Origin: Patescibacteria group bacterium
GTDB taxonomy: Bacteria; Patescibacteriota; Minisyncoccia; UBA9983
Direction of reading: 5' to 3'
Assembly: GCA_040752125.1 (NCBI GenBank)
Contig: JBFMFK010000006.1
Coordinates: 1,152 to 65,151, forward strand
DNA length: 64,000 bases
Below the pieces are notes generated by a model. That model searched no databases, was not told the DNA's origin, and saw only the letters and a program-made list of their open reading frames with translations. The translations under genes and the position numbers were made by a program. The number at the start of each line of letters is the position of its first letter. Positions within the stretch are counted from its first letter, which is position 1. Positions 18,878 through 29,027 of the stretch are shown in pieces.

Positions 18878-19423
18878 TCATTTTTGAGAAAATGGAAATC
18901 CTAGAAGACGGAACAATTCCGTTGCCTCTTCCTTGGTTTTGGCAGTGGTGACAATAGTTATACCCAAACCAAAAACATTTCTTATGTCTTCATTACTAGT
19001 TTCCGGAAAAACAATGTGTTCCTTTATGCCTATGGTTAGATTGCCTGATTTATCAATAGCCCCAGTATTGATTCCCCTGAAATCTCTTGTCCTTGGCAGG
19101 GCAACATTGATTAACTTCTCAAGAAAATCATCCATCCTCTTTCTTCTTAAAGTCGCACTGAAGCCAATGGGCATTCCTTTTCTTAATTTAAATGTGGAAA
19201 TTGATTTTTTTGCAGGATTGACTGCTGGCCACTGGCCTGTAATCAGCATAAGAGATTTTTTAATATTTTCTATCTTTTCTTTTTCGTCTTTTTTTGACCC
19301 AAAGCCAGTATTAACAATCACCTTTTTTATCTTAGGCACTGCTAGATCATTTCTGTATCCGAAAATCTTTTTCATCTCTGGCACGACTTTTTTTTCATAT
19401 CTTTCTTTTATGCCTTGCACCAT
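18878..19423 (-). CDS. rplE: 50S ribosomal protein L5
   Basis: Canonical L5 length and motifs. Confidence 0.9.
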   Translation of the reverse strand: MVQGIKERYEKKVVPEMKKIFGYRNDLAVPKIKKVIVNTGFGSKKDEKEKIENIKKSLMLITGQWPAVNPAKKSISTFKLRKGMPIGFSATLRRKRMDDFLEKLINVALPRTRDFRGINTGAIDKSGNLTIGIKEHIVFPETSNEDIRNVFGLGITIVTTAKTKEEATELFRLLGFPFSQK

Positions 19424-19499
19424 ATTAAAAAAGGCCTATCCAGCCAATAAAAACATAATAGCAATTATCAAGATTTTTGCAAGAAAAATCTTTAGAGAT

Positions 19500-20459
19500 T
19501 TAAGGACACGCAATAGTAGTGGCAGAGATTACATTTGCTGAATCAACAGTAATTCTATGACATCCGCCACTGGGATCCTTTAAGATAATGCCGGTACTTG
19601 GGGTGCTAACATAAACATCTCCGCCGCTTACATGTAATTTTTCTGCTGGCGCGTCTGTGCCGATGCCAACATTACCAGTATCTCTATCAATGGCTATATC
19701 TATACGATAGGAACCCGGATTTATCCATCTTAAAATATGGAAGTCGCCTTCTTGAACACCACCAATTTCTTTTTTATGCGCCATAACCCAAGTCTTATCA
19801 ATATCAGCAGTCTCATCGTTTAAATAAAGCGCTGAATAAGTTCTATTAGCATCACCAACTCCTGAGATATGAATTCTTCCTTGTGTAGTAGAGTCATTGA
19901 CTTGTAAGTTTCCCACGGGCTCTGTTGTCCCAATGCCGACGTTCCCAGTGACACTGTCAATAGCTAAATCTACCCTCCCATTAGTTGGGTCTATCCATCT
20001 TACAATATGAAAGTCATCTTCTTGAGGAGTGGCAGTCATTTTCTTGTGTGCAATGCCCCAATTGTTATTAAAATCCTGGGTTTCGTCATTCAAATAAAGA
20101 CCCGAATAAGTCTGCCCAGTGACTGGCTCTGCAACACCAGAAATATGAACTATTCCTTGACTAAAGGCGTTATGAACGCCTAAGTTAGGAGCGGGGTTGG
20201 CCGTTCCAATTCCGACACTGCCACCCAACGTTGCAAGATAAGTATCAAAATCACTAGTAAGCCCGCCTACTCTTAAGGCGCCTATTATTCTTAAATCACC
20301 TGCTCTTTCTTGGAATATATTGCCCACATTAATGGGTGCGGCAACATTATTAGTTGGAGGAGCTCCTGTGGGGCCTGTCCAAGAATAAACGATATTTACT
20401 CCTGCCAAAACAGCCAGACAAATAATGAGCGTAATTATAGGTTGTTTTACTTTATTCAT
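19500..20459 (-). CDS. secreted/anchored repeat protein with three G(N/S)VGIGT-x-P-x-x-(K/N)L-x-V tail-fibre-like repeats, inserted inside the spc operon
   Basis: N-terminal signal/TM helix. Two about 92-aa near-identical tandem units. Repeat family shared with 43061-45529. Confidence 0.6.
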   Translation of the reverse strand: MNKVKQPIITLIICLAVLAGVNIVYSWTGPTGAPPTNNVAAPINVGNIFQERAGDLRIIGALRVGGLTSDFDTYLATLGGSVGIGTANPAPNLGVHNAFSQGIVHISGVAEPVTGQTYSGLYLNDETQDFNNNWGIAHKKMTATPQEDDFHIVRWIDPTNGRVDLAIDSVTGNVGIGTTEPVGNLQVNDSTTQGRIHISGVGDANRTYSALYLNDETADIDKTWVMAHKKEIGGVQEGDFHILRWINPGSYRIDIAIDRDTGNVGIGTDAPAEKLHVSGGDVYVSTPSTGIILKDPSGGCHRITVDSANVISATTIACP

Positions 20460-20488
20460 AATTTTAATTAAAATTTATTGACCTTTTA

Positions 20489-20767
20489 TTATTTATTCAA
20501 TTCTTCTAATCGTTTTTGGATTTCTATTTGTGTGAAATCTTGTTTATTTTTATTGATTTTTTCTAACTGATTATTAATATCCTCTTCAGTAAGTTGCTGA
20601 GGAAGTCTATTTATTTCTATCAATTTTTTTCTAATTATCTTTTCTTGAGACGGATAAGTTACAATTTTTTGTTTTTTGTAAACCAAAATTCCAGCCAGCA
20701 TTATGACTATTAATATTAAAATTATTACTAGAACAGTCTTCTTGTATTTTTTTATATCAATAGCCAT
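20489..20767 (-). CDS. small single-pass membrane protein
   Basis: 92 aa. TM helix then a charged coiled tail. Lies between rplX and the repeat protein. Confidence 0.4.
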   Translation of the reverse strand: MAIDIKKYKKTVLVIILILIVIMLAGILVYKKQKIVTYPSQEKIIRKKLIEINRLPQQLTEEDINNQLEKINKNKQDFTQIEIQKRLEELNK

Positions 20768-20834
20768 TTATACCTATTTTAAAATAGGCTTAATTTTTCC
20801 ACAAACAATAATGGGGATAAGTGAGAATTAAAAT

Positions 20835-21146
20835 TTAAGCAAGTTCAGCCTTGCACTTTTTGCAAAATCTGATTTTTTTTACTCCTCCTATGGTTTTTTT
20901 CCCAATTCTGGTCTGTTTAGAGCAGGAAGGGCAAATCAAGATGGCATTGGAAACATCAATAGGCATTGCCATTTGGATAATCTGTCCTTTCTGACCCTGC
21001 CTCTTCGGCTTAGAATGTTTTTTTCTCACATTCACTCCCTCCACAATGATTTTATTTTTTGGAGGCAAGACACGAATAATCTTTCCGGTTTTGCCTCGGT
21101 CTTTGCCTGAAATTATTTTAACTGTATCGCCTCTTTTTAATTTCAT
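20835..21146 (-). CDS. rplX: 50S ribosomal protein L24 (with Cys4 zinc-ribbon-like C-terminal region)
   Basis: KOW N-terminus [21 protein letters not shown]-terminus CPSC...CKKC. Confidence 0.85.
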   Translation of the reverse strand: MKLKRGDTVKIISGKDRGKTGKIIRVLPPKNKIIVEGVNVRKKHSKPKRQGQKGQIIQMAMPIDVSNAILICPSCSKQTRIGKKTIGGVKKIRFCKKCKAELA

Positions 21147-21514
21147 ACAACTTCTGTTGCCAGAGAAATAATTTTAGAATATCCTCTTTCTTGGATCTCT
21201 CTCGGTATGGGACCGAAGATTCTTCCTCCTCTGGGCTCTTTTTTGGCCTTTTCAATAATCACTACTGCATTATCATCAAAACGAATATAGGAGCCGTCTT
21301 TCCTTCGAAAATGCTTTTTCTGCCTTACAACTAGGGCATGAAGAACATCTTTTTTTTTCACCATCTTTCTTGGCTCAGCTGATTTTACAGAAACCACAAC
21401 CACGTCTCCAATCTGGGCATACCTCCTTCTGGTTCCTCCTAAAACCTTAATAACCTGAACAATTTTTGCTCCGGTATTATCTGCGACATTTAACATTGTT
21501 CGCGGCTGAATCAT
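21143..21514 (-). CDS. rplN: 50S ribosomal protein L14
   Basis: [17 protein letters not shown]. Confidence 0.9.
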   Translation of the reverse strand: MIQPRTMLNVADNTGAKIVQVIKVLGGTRRRYAQIGDVVVVSVKSAEPRKMVKKKDVLHALVVRQKKHFRRKDGSYIRFDDNAVVIIEKAKKEPRGGRIFGPIPREIQERGYSKIISLATEVV

Positions 21515-21536
21515 AAAAGCGACACCAATTACTAAT

Positions 21537-21773
21537 TTACACTAATTTACTAATAACCTTGAAATGTTTGTCTTTGGAAATCGGCTTGCATTCTTGGATA
21601 ATCACCTTATCACCAATTTTATATTCATTCTTCTCATCGTGGGCTTTGTATTTTTTGCTGATTTTGAAAAATTTTTTATATTTAGGATGTTGCTTATACC
21701 TATTAACAATCACAACGACAGTTTTATCCATCTTGTCTGAAACAACAATACCCTTTAATTTTTTCTTTGGCAT
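21537..21773 (-). CDS. rpsQ: 30S ribosomal protein S17
   Basis: [19 protein letters not shown]-fold N-terminus. Confidence 0.85.
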   Translation of the reverse strand: MPKKKLKGIVVSDKMDKTVVVIVNRYKQHPKYKKFFKISKKYKAHDEKNEYKIGDKVIIQECKPISKDKHFKVISKLV

Positions 21774-21774
21774 A

Positions 21775-22191
21775 TTATCGGCTGATGATTCGTGTCTTAA
21801 TTGGTAATTTTGCTCCGGCCTTTCTTAAGGCCTCAAAAGCATTCTTTTTATCGATCCCGTCTATTTCAAAAATAATATTGCCTGGTTTAACGTTAGCAAC
21901 ATATCCCGCTGGGTCACCCTTACCCTTGCCCATACCAACCTCAGGCGGCTTAGCAGTAATTGCCTTGTCTGGAAAAATTCTGATCCACATTTTACCTGTT
22001 TTTTGAACATATCTGGAAATAACTTTTCTGGCGGATTCAATATGATTAGATTTTACCCATTTTGCCTCTTCTGCCTTTAGGCCAAAAGAGCCAAATGCCA
22101 AAGATGTTCCTCTGGTTGCGACCATTTTTTTCTTTGGGTTCTTTCGATCTCTCTGGGTTTTTCTAAATTTTACCTTTTTGGGAAATAACAT
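21775..22191 (-). CDS. rplP: 50S ribosomal protein L16
   Basis: [11 protein letters not shown]... canonical L16. Confidence 0.9.
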   Translation of the reverse strand: MLFPKKVKFRKTQRDRKNPKKKMVATRGTSLAFGSFGLKAEEAKWVKSNHIESARKVISRYVQKTGKMWIRIFPDKAITAKPPEVGMGKGKGDPAGYVANVKPGNIIFEIDGIDKKNAFEALRKAGAKLPIKTRIISR

Positions 22192-22210
22192 ATTAAAAAT
22201 TAATTAAAAA

Positions 22211-22858
22211 TTAAAACTTTTCTCCTCTATAAATCCAAACTTTTATTCCAATATCTCCGTAGGGAAGATGGGCTCTTTCTCTTGCAAAATCAATATCCGC
22301 TCTAAGATTTTGAAGAGGGATTCTTCCTTCTTTTAAATATTCACGTCTGCTCATTTCCGCTCCTCCAAGGCGGCCTGAGAGCATAATCTTTGCTCCACCT
22401 ACCTCTTTGTTAGACATCACCTTGGCAAGAGTCTGTTTCATTACTCTTCTAAATGGAACCCTTTTTTCAAGACTTTCTGCAATCATCTGGCTTACAATCT
22501 TTGCGTGTGTTTCTGGAGAACGCACCTCTTCAATTGTTAATTTAATCTCTTGTGGCGGTTCAGGACTTAAGTCCGTCATTTTTTTTCTGATTTCTTGCTT
22601 TAATTTTTCTGAACCTTCTCCTTTTCTCCCAATCAATAAACCAGGTCTTGATGTTTTTATGATCACATTTATAATATTCGGGGAACGTTCAATATCAATA
22701 TCTTCTATATACATCCCCCGCAATTTCTTTTGCAACCATTCTCTTATCAAAACATCTTCTCTTAGGAAATTTTTATATTTTTTCAGATTAAACCATCGCG
22801 ACTTCCAGCCGTACATTGTATTTATTCTGAATGCATATGGATGAACCTTTTTAGACAT
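22211..22858 (-). CDS. rpsC: 30S ribosomal protein S3
   Basis: KH domain and S3 C-terminal domain. Confidence 0.9.
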   Translation of the reverse strand: MSKKVHPYAFRINTMYGWKSRWFNLKKYKNFLREDVLIREWLQKKLRGMYIEDIDIERSPNIINVIIKTSRPGLLIGRKGEGSEKLKQEIRKKMTDLSPEPPQEIKLTIEEVRSPETHAKIVSQMIAESLEKRVPFRRVMKQTLAKVMSNKEVGGAKIMLSGRLGGAEMSRREYLKEGRIPLQNLRADIDFARERAHLPYGDIGIKVWIYRGEKF

Positions 22859-23210
22859 AAGTTTTGACTTTAGGTTGTTCTTTTAGAACAACCGTAATGT
22901 GGCTTGTCCTTTTTTTATACGGGTGGGTCCTGCCTCTTGCTGCTGGTCTATATCTTTTATAGCTAGGGCCTTCGTCAACTCTAATTTCTTTTATGTAAAG
23001 ATCTTTATTTTCTGTATCAATTTTGTAATTATGTCTAGCGTTGCTTACGGCAGACTTTAAAAGTTTGGCAATGATTGGAGCCGATTTTTTCTTAGAAAAA
23101 GAAAGTTGGAGGAAAGCTTTATCAATTTTCTGGCCGCGCACCAAATCTGCCACCAATCTCATTTTTCTTGGGGCCATTCTCGCATATCTTAATTTTGCTC
23201 TAATCTCCAT
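22851..23210 (-). CDS. rplV: 50S ribosomal protein L22
   Basis: MEIRAKLRYARMAPRKMRLVADLVRG. Confidence 0.9.
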   Translation of the reverse strand: MEIRAKLRYARMAPRKMRLVADLVRGQKIDKAFLQLSFSKKKSAPIIAKLLKSAVSNARHNYKIDTENKDLYIKEIRVDEGPSYKRYRPAARGRTHPYKKRTSHITVVLKEQPKVKTYV

Positions 23211-23213
23211 AAT

Positions 23214-23285
23214 GTTTACTCTTGAGTAGTCAGCTTATTATAAGTCAGACTGTCTGGTTACTGACTGCTATTGACCGGCTACTTC
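23214..23285. repeat. about 70-nt hairpin-forming leader element, copy B (rpsS-rplV spacer)
   Basis: Same termini and core motifs as copy A at 225-300. It lengthens the normally very short rpsS-rplV spacer to 68 bp. Confidence 0.4.
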
Positions 23286-23566
23286 TTTTTTTCAATCTCT
23301 CTTTGCATTTTGCCGCCATGCCTGACAAATTTCCTGGTAGGACTAAATTCTCCTAATCGATGACCAACCATTTCTTCTACGATTTTAACCGGAATAAAAT
23401 CTTTACCATTATGCACTCCAAAGGTAAACCCAACCATTTCTGGAGAAATCATAGAATCGCGTGACCATGTCTTAATAGGTTCTCTCTGTTGTTCAGGCTT
23501 GAGATTTTTTATTTTCTTTAATAATTTTTCGTCCACAAAAGGACCCTTTTTAATGCTTCTTGCCAT
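23279..23566 (-). CDS. rpsS: 30S ribosomal protein S19
   Basis: [18 protein letters not shown]. Confidence 0.9.
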   Translation of the reverse strand: MARSIKKGPFVDEKLLKKIKNLKPEQQREPIKTWSRDSMISPEMVGFTFGVHNGKDFIPVKIVEEMVGHRLGEFSPTRKFVRHGGKMQREIEKKK

Positions 23567-23567
23567 A

Positions 23568-24398
23568 TTATCTCTTTTTTCTTTTCTGAATAATAAACAG
23601 GTCTGAATATTTTTTGGATTTTCTTGTCTTTATTCCTCTCACGCCTCTACCCCATTTGTTTTTTGGCCTCCTGAGCCCTATTCCTGCCCTTCCTTCACCA
23701 CCACCAAGCGGGTGATCTACAGGATTCATTGCTGAACCGCGCACTGTTGGTCTGACACCCATCCACCTTTTTCTACCAGCCTTGCCAAGAATCCTCAATT
23801 TCCTTTCTTCATTGGAGACTTGGCCAACGCTGGCCCAGCAATTTTTCAAAACTTTCCTTATTTCCGTAGAGGGAAGCTTAAGCAAAACAAAATTGCCATC
23901 ATGGGCAATCACTTCAGCATAATTTCCAGCTGACCTGCAAAGCTTTGCTCCTCCATCAGGCTTTAATTCAATATTATAAACAAAAATTCCGACTGGAATA
24001 TTTTCTAAAATAAGTCTGTTTCCTGGTTTGATCTCAGCATTTTTTGAAACTATTATCCTGTCTCCAGCTTTGACTTTACTGGGTGCAAGGATATATCTTT
24101 TTTCTCCGTCTGCATATGTTATCAGGGCAATGAACCCGCTTCTAAACGGATCATATTCTATTGTGTTGACGGTCGCGGGGATGTCGTGTTTATCATATCT
24201 AAAATCAATGAGTCTATAAAGTTTTTTAGACCCTCCTCCTTTGTGTCTGGCAGTGATCCGGCCAGAAGAACTTCTTCCCATTGCCCGTCTCAAACCCCTG
24301 GTCAGACTTTTTTCAGGTTCGCCTCTACTCAAAATCTTCCGGTAATTGATGCCGGTCATTTGTCTTCTTGATGGAGTTGTAGCACTGTACTGTTTCAT
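23568..24398 (-). CDS. rplB: 50S ribosomal protein L2
   Basis: 276 aa. Canonical L2. Confidence 0.9.
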   Translation of the reverse strand: MKQYSATTPSRRQMTGINYRKILSRGEPEKSLTRGLRRAMGRSSSGRITARHKGGGSKKLYRLIDFRYDKHDIPATVNTIEYDPFRSGFIALITYADGEKRYILAPSKVKAGDRIIVSKNAEIKPGNRLILENIPVGIFVYNIELKPDGGAKLCRSAGNYAEVIAHDGNFVLLKLPSTEIRKVLKNCWASVGQVSNEERKLRILGKAGRKRWMGVRPTVRGSAMNPVDHPLGGGEGRAGIGLRRPKNKWGRGVRGIKTRKSKKYSDLFIIQKRKKR

Positions 24399-24413
24399 AT
24401 CTCATTATTCTCA

Positions 24414-24806
24414 TTATGAAGTTTCTATTTTATCTTCTTCTTTTAAGTAAATGATTGCTTTTTTAAATCCTGTTCTTGTGCCATATTTTCCTTTGACAAA
24501 TCGTCTTTTAGAAGGGGCGTAAACAATATTTATTTTTTGAGGAATGACTCCGTATGTTTCTTTAATGGCGCGTCTGACCATAATTTTATTGGCGCGAGGA
24601 CTTATCTTAAAAACATAAACACCTTTCCCTCCTAAGAGAGTGGCTTTTTCAGTGACGTGCGGAGCGATCAAGATTTTCCCCTTTTTTACTTCGTCTTTTT
24701 TGTCTTGGACCAAGTCAGGGGATTTTTTCGCCTCTGCTCTTTCTTTTTGTTTCTTCTGAAAACGCACGCCTTCTTTCTCTTTCTTGAAAATATTTAACAA
24801 TGACAT
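24414..24806 (-). CDS. rplW: 50S ribosomal protein L23 with about 35-aa K/E-rich N-terminal extension
   Basis: ILIAPHVTEKA...YVFKI core. Position between rplD and rplB. Confidence 0.8.
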   Translation of the reverse strand: MSLLNIFKKEKEGVRFQKKQKERAEAKKSPDLVQDKKDEVKKGKILIAPHVTEKATLLGGKGVYVFKISPRANKIMVRRAIKETYGVIPQKINIVYAPSKRRFVKGKYGTRTGFKKAIIYLKEEDKIETS

Positions 24807-24872
24807 TTTGCAAAACTAAAATAAAAACCCTTTGAGGGTGTAAGAATATCTTAACAAATGCTCAAAAACAAA

Positions 24873-26021
24873 TCAACCCCGGCTAAATATCAGCAATTCT
24901 GGCTTAATGAGAAAAATAAGACCAAGGATAAGCATTATAATACCCGCAATTAATCTAGACCATTGAGAATATTTTGAATTCAGGTGAAAAAACTTCATTG
25001 AAAATCCGGCTATCAAAAGTACGATAATATCGTCCAGCATATAGAAAAAATCGTATAAGCCGATGTAGGCGTAATATTTCCAGGTTGCCAGGTGATATTC
25101 AGTCAGTATTTTAGTGAAGACCACGGGAATACCTAAAGAGCAGAGAAGTTCAATGATATTAACGGAAAAAGCAATGCCTGCGACTCCCAGAATAATGGCC
25201 AGCGTGGTTTTTGAATTAATGATATTTTCAATTTTTTTAGTTATCTTTTTTTGCCCCTCCACAGAACTAATCTCGCAAACATCCGGCTTAAAAGTAAAAA
25301 ATGCCCTAATGAAAAGAACGCCTGCAATCAAAGCAATAATGCCGACAATCAGTCTGACAAAAACAAGATAATCCAACCAGACAAAGACATTGAGCCAAGC
25401 AGACATAAACAAGAAATAAGAAATATAAGAAGTAATGATGAAAACACTGCCAACAAGCCAGACCTTTTTGCGCGCACCACCGGCAATGGCCAAAGTCAGA
25501 AGCACTAAAAGCGACCACATTGAGCAGGGATTGAATCCATCTAAAGTTCCTAGGCTAACAGCCAAAAAAGAAAGCGAAACTGTTTTGATATTGATCTCTC
25601 CAAAAAACGGATGTTTAATCATTTCTTGATCCGGTTCTTTTTCCGGTTCTTTTCTTGAAGATCCCAAAATCATCTCTTTGATTTTCTGGCCATAATCTTC
25701 AGCATTATTAAATCCAATCAAGTATTTATCTCCAATAATTGTCAAGGGCACTCCGGGATTTTTTATTCCCAGTTCGTCTATCTTTTTTAAAAAAAGATCT
25801 CTGTTTGCATCATTATGCCAGACTTCGTATTCAATGATATTCAAATCAGGAATTTCTTTCTTTAAATCTGTTAGAAATATTCTCTCTTCCTTACAGTGCG
25901 GACATTCTTCGCCATGAAACAGGTATATAGCGGGGTAAGATTCTGCCTCTGATGAATAAAATGCAGGAATAAAAATTATTCCCGCAAAGAATAAAGAAAA
26001 AAATAATTTAAATCTCAACAT
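24873..26021 (-). CDS. thioredoxin-fold domain (CPHC) fused to a CcdA/DsbD-like disulfide-reductant membrane transporter, embedded in the S10 operon
   Basis: N-terminal signal then GEECPHCKEE thioredoxin/glutaredoxin-like motif. Multi-TM C-terminal half with Cys in TM helices (GFNPCSMW, LLCSLGIPVVF) as in CcdA. Confidence 0.6.
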   Translation of the reverse strand: MLRFKLFFSLFFAGIIFIPAFYSSEAESYPAIYLFHGEECPHCKEERIFLTDLKKEIPDLNIIEYEVWHNDANRDLFLKKIDELGIKNPGVPLTIIGDKYLIGFNNAEDYGQKIKEMILGSSRKEPEKEPDQEMIKHPFFGEINIKTVSLSFLAVSLGTLDGFNPCSMWSLLVLLTLAIAGGARKKVWLVGSVFIITSYISYFLFMSAWLNVFVWLDYLVFVRLIVGIIALIAGVLFIRAFFTFKPDVCEISSVEGQKKITKKIENIINSKTTLAIILGVAGIAFSVNIIELLCSLGIPVVFTKILTEYHLATWKYYAYIGLYDFFYMLDDIIVLLIAGFSMKFFHLNSKYSQWSRLIAGIIMLILGLIFLIKPELLIFSRG

Positions 26022-26024
26022 TAT

Positions 26025-26678
26025 TTATTTCCCCCAATACTTCAAGGCCTCTTTGGGATTCTCAATCAATAAATATTTATAATTCATTAAGTCCAGAACA
26101 TTGATATTATTTATTTCAGAAATTTTCATTCCAGATATATTTCTAAAACTCCTGGTTATCTCGCTGTCTTTTTTCGCAATGACCAGAATCGCCTTGTTCT
26201 CTTTTTTAGTTTCTAGTTTATCAAAACCCTTAATCTTGGAAAGATTGCTGATAATTTTACTCGCCTCTTTCGTTTTTGTTTGGGGTAAATTGATTTTATC
26301 TAAAAATAAGATTTCATTGTCTTTAAGCTTTTCTGATAAGATGGTGAATAATGCTTTTCTTTTCATTTTTTTATTTATTTTTTTAGAAAATTTTTTTTCT
26401 TTAAGAGGTCCATGGGCAACACCGCCTCCAACCCAGATAGGAGATCTGATAGAGCCGTGTCTGGCTCTGCCAGTGCCTTTTTGTACCCAGGGCTTCCTTC
26501 CTCCCCCAGAAACCTCGCCCCTAGATTTGGCATGAGCAACAGGAACTCTTATGTTAGATTTCATTGAGACAATTACTTGATGAACTAAATCTCCATTCCA
26601 TTCCAAGCCAAAAATATTTCCGGCTAGTTTTATCTTTCCAGCCTCTCCTGCGTTCTGATTGTATATTTTTGCCTCCAT
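26025..26678 (-). CDS. rplD: 50S ribosomal protein L4
   Basis: L4 core with a K-rich extended loop. Confidence 0.85.
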   Translation of the reverse strand: MEAKIYNQNAGEAGKIKLAGNIFGLEWNGDLVHQVIVSMKSNIRVPVAHAKSRGEVSGGGRKPWVQKGTGRARHGSIRSPIWVGGGVAHGPLKEKKFSKKINKKMKRKALFTILSEKLKDNEILFLDKINLPQTKTKEASKIISNLSKIKGFDKLETKKENKAILVIAKKDSEITRSFRNISGMKISEINNINVLDLMNYKYLLIENPKEALKYWGK

Positions 26679-26684
26679 AATAAT

Positions 26685-27311
26685 TTATGATTCTATGCCC
26701 TGAATCTCAAGCAAAGTACCTTTGGCTCCGGGAACCGCTCCAGAAACATAAATCTGATTGTTTTCTTTATCTATTTTCATCACTTTTAAATTATTAAGAG
26801 TCACTTTGTTCCCGCCCATTCTGCCTGCCATTTTTAAACCCTTAAAAACCCTTTGAGGTCCTGTGGCGCCAATCGAACCTGGCTCTCTTTCAGAATGCTT
26901 CTGGCCATGGGTCCGAGGACCACCCTTAAAACCATGTCGTTTTACCACTCCCTGAAAACCTTTTCCTTTTGAAATCCCGGTAATTTTAACTCTGTCGCCC
27001 TCTTTAAAAATAGATATATCAATTTTGTCGCCGATCTTGAATTCTGATGCCCTTCCTCTTAATTCTTTAAATCCTCTGAATCCTCTTTCTTGAAGACCTG
27101 TTTTTTTTAGATGGCCCTGCTGGGGTTTTCTCATTTTCTTTATATCTTTGTCTCCAAAACCAAACTGGATTGATTCATATCCATCATTTTCTTTGCTCTT
27201 TTTTTGAACTGCTATCAGCGGGTAGGTATTGATAATGGTAACTGGAATAACTGAACCATCCTCACTGAAAACTTGAGTCATTTTTTCTTTTGTACCAATG
27301 ATAAATTTCAT
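26685..27311 (-). CDS. rplC: 50S ribosomal protein L3
   Basis: Canonical L3. Confidence 0.9.
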   Translation of the reverse strand: MKFIIGTKEKMTQVFSEDGSVIPVTIINTYPLIAVQKKSKENDGYESIQFGFGDKDIKKMRKPQQGHLKKTGLQERGFRGFKELRGRASEFKIGDKIDISIFKEGDRVKITGISKGKGFQGVVKRHGFKGGPRTHGQKHSEREPGSIGATGPQRVFKGLKMAGRMGGNKVTLNNLKVMKIDKENNQIYVSGAVPGAKGTLLEIQGIES

Positions 27312-27653
27312 CTAAATTAATTTAACTTCAATATCGACGCCAGCAGGAAGATTGAGATTGGTCAAGGCATCAATGAGTTTTGGGTTTGGATTAAGAATAT
27401 CAATCAATCTTTTATGAATTCTCATCTCAAACTGCTCTCTTGAATTTTTATCAACAAAAGTTGACCGGTTTACAGTATATTTTCTTATCTCGGTCGGCAA
27501 GGGAATCGGCCCGGCGATCTGCGACTCGTAGCGCAGCGCAGTATCTGCAATTTGCTTTACACTCGCATCCAAAATTTTGTGTTCATAGGCGCGGATCTTA
27601 ATGCGCAACTTTTGCTGATGCTCTTCAATTTTTTCTTTTTTCTGTTTTGCCAT
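27312..27653 (-). CDS. rpsJ: 30S ribosomal protein S10
   Basis: [13 protein letters not shown]...AGPIPLPT. Confidence 0.9.
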   Translation of the reverse strand: MAKQKKEKIEEHQQKLRIKIRAYEHKILDASVKQIADTALRYESQIAGPIPLPTEIRKYTVNRSTFVDKNSREQFEMRIHKRLIDILNPNPKLIDALTNLNLPAGVDIEVKLI

Positions 27654-27654
27654 C

Positions 27655-28848
27655 TTATTTGATAATTCTGGTCACTACTCCTGCGCCCACTGTCTTTCCT
27701 CCTTCACGAATAGCAAATCTCTGTTTTTCCTCAAGGGCAACCGGTGCGATGAGTTTAACATTAAAAGTGACTGTATCTCCAGGCATAATCATTTCTACAC
27801 CCGCGGGCAAGGTTACCTCTCCTGTAACGTCAGTTGTTCTTATATAGAACTGCGGCTTGTATCCTGCAAAAAATGGTGTATGTCTTCCACCTTCTTCTTT
27901 GGTCAGGATATAAACTTCAGATTCAAATTCCGTATGCGGAGTGATAGATCCCGGCTTTACTAAAACCTGGCCTCTTTCTACATCTTCTTTTTTGGTGCCT
28001 CTCAAAAGTATTCCAGCATTGTCTCCAGCCAATCCTTCATCCAAAGATTTATTGAACATCTCAATGCCAGTGACCACGGTCTTCTTTGTCTCTCCCAAAC
28101 CAACAATTTCAACCTCCTCATTAATTTTAATTTTCCCTCTTTCAATCCTTCCCGTAACCACAGTGCCTCTTCCTTCAATGGAAAAAATATCCTCAATGGG
28201 CATTAAAAATTGCTTATCAACTTCGCGAACCGGTTCAGGAATATAGGAATCAAGAGTGTTGACAAGTTCCAAAATTGGCTTGCTCCATTCATCATCAACT
28301 GATTTGACATCAAGAGCTTTTAGGGCTGATCCTTTGATAATAGGAGCAGTGTTTCCGGGAAATTCATATTTATTAAGTAACTCACGTACCTCTGCCTCCA
28401 CTAAATCAATAAGCTCTTTATCATCAACCATATCTACCTTATTCAGGAAAACAATAACCGATGGGACCCCAACCTGCCTTGCCAAGAGAATATGTTCGCG
28501 AGTTTGAGGCATAACACCATCTGTTGCCGCAACCACCAAAATTGCTCCATCCATTTGAGCTGCACCTGTGATCATGTTTTTGATATAATCTGCATGACCA
28601 GGAGCATCAATATGCGCATAATGCCTCTTTTGTGTTTCGTATTCGCTATGATGGAGGGCAATGGTAATGCCTCGCGCTTTTTCTTCAGGAGCATTATCAA
28701 TATCATCGACTTTTTCTAATTTCACCTTATTGCCAGCCAAATTGAGTATGTGTAAAATGGCAGCAGTTAAAGTTGTCTTCCCATGATCAACATGACCAAT
28801 AGTACCAACATTAAGGTGAGGTTTAGTTCTTTCAAATTTTTCTGCCAT
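27655..28848 (-). CDS. tuf: elongation factor Tu
   Basis: [22 protein letters not shown]-motifs. Confidence 0.95.
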   Translation of the reverse strand: MAEKFERTKPHLNVGTIGHVDHGKTTLTAAILHILNLAGNKVKLEKVDDIDNAPEEKARGITIALHHSEYETQKRHYAHIDAPGHADYIKNMITGAAQMDGAILVVAATDGVMPQTREHILLARQVGVPSVIVFLNKVDMVDDKELIDLVEAEVRELLNKYEFPGNTAPIIKGSALKALDVKSVDDEWSKPILELVNTLDSYIPEPVREVDKQFLMPIEDIFSIEGRGTVVTGRIERGKIKINEEVEIVGLGETKKTVVTGIEMFNKSLDEGLAGDNAGILLRGTKKEDVERGQVLVKPGSITPHTEFESEVYILTKEEGGRHTPFFAGYKPQFYIRTTDVTGEVTLPAGVEMIMPGDTVTFNVKLIAPVALEEKQRFAIREGGKTVGAGVVTRIIK

Positions 28849-28938
28849 AAATTAAAAAATTTTTAATTTTATAATTTCTAATTTTTAATATTTTTAATAA
28901 TTTTTTCGAACCAAATAAAACATGCATTTACCCTGTAA

Positions 28939-28967
28939 ATTTTATGCTTTCCTAGGGTTCATTGCAA
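28939..28967 (-). promoter_or_regulatory. candidate sigma70-type promoter for tuf (TTGCAA-17-TAAAAT)
   Basis: Read on the minus strand about 90 nt upstream of the tuf ATG. Preceded by a 2x16-bp tandem repeat at about 28969-29000. Confidence 0.35.
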
Positions 28968-29027
28968 TGTTTAATATGTTAATAGTTTAATATGTTAATA
29001 AAATGTGGGTTTCTCGTCAAGCCCATT

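Noticed and set aside
24806-24873. Weak hairpin (accct-caa-agggt + T-run) between the Trx-CcdA gene and rplW as an internal terminator
   Set aside because: Only a 4-5-bp stem with a 3-nt loop. This is too weak to call.
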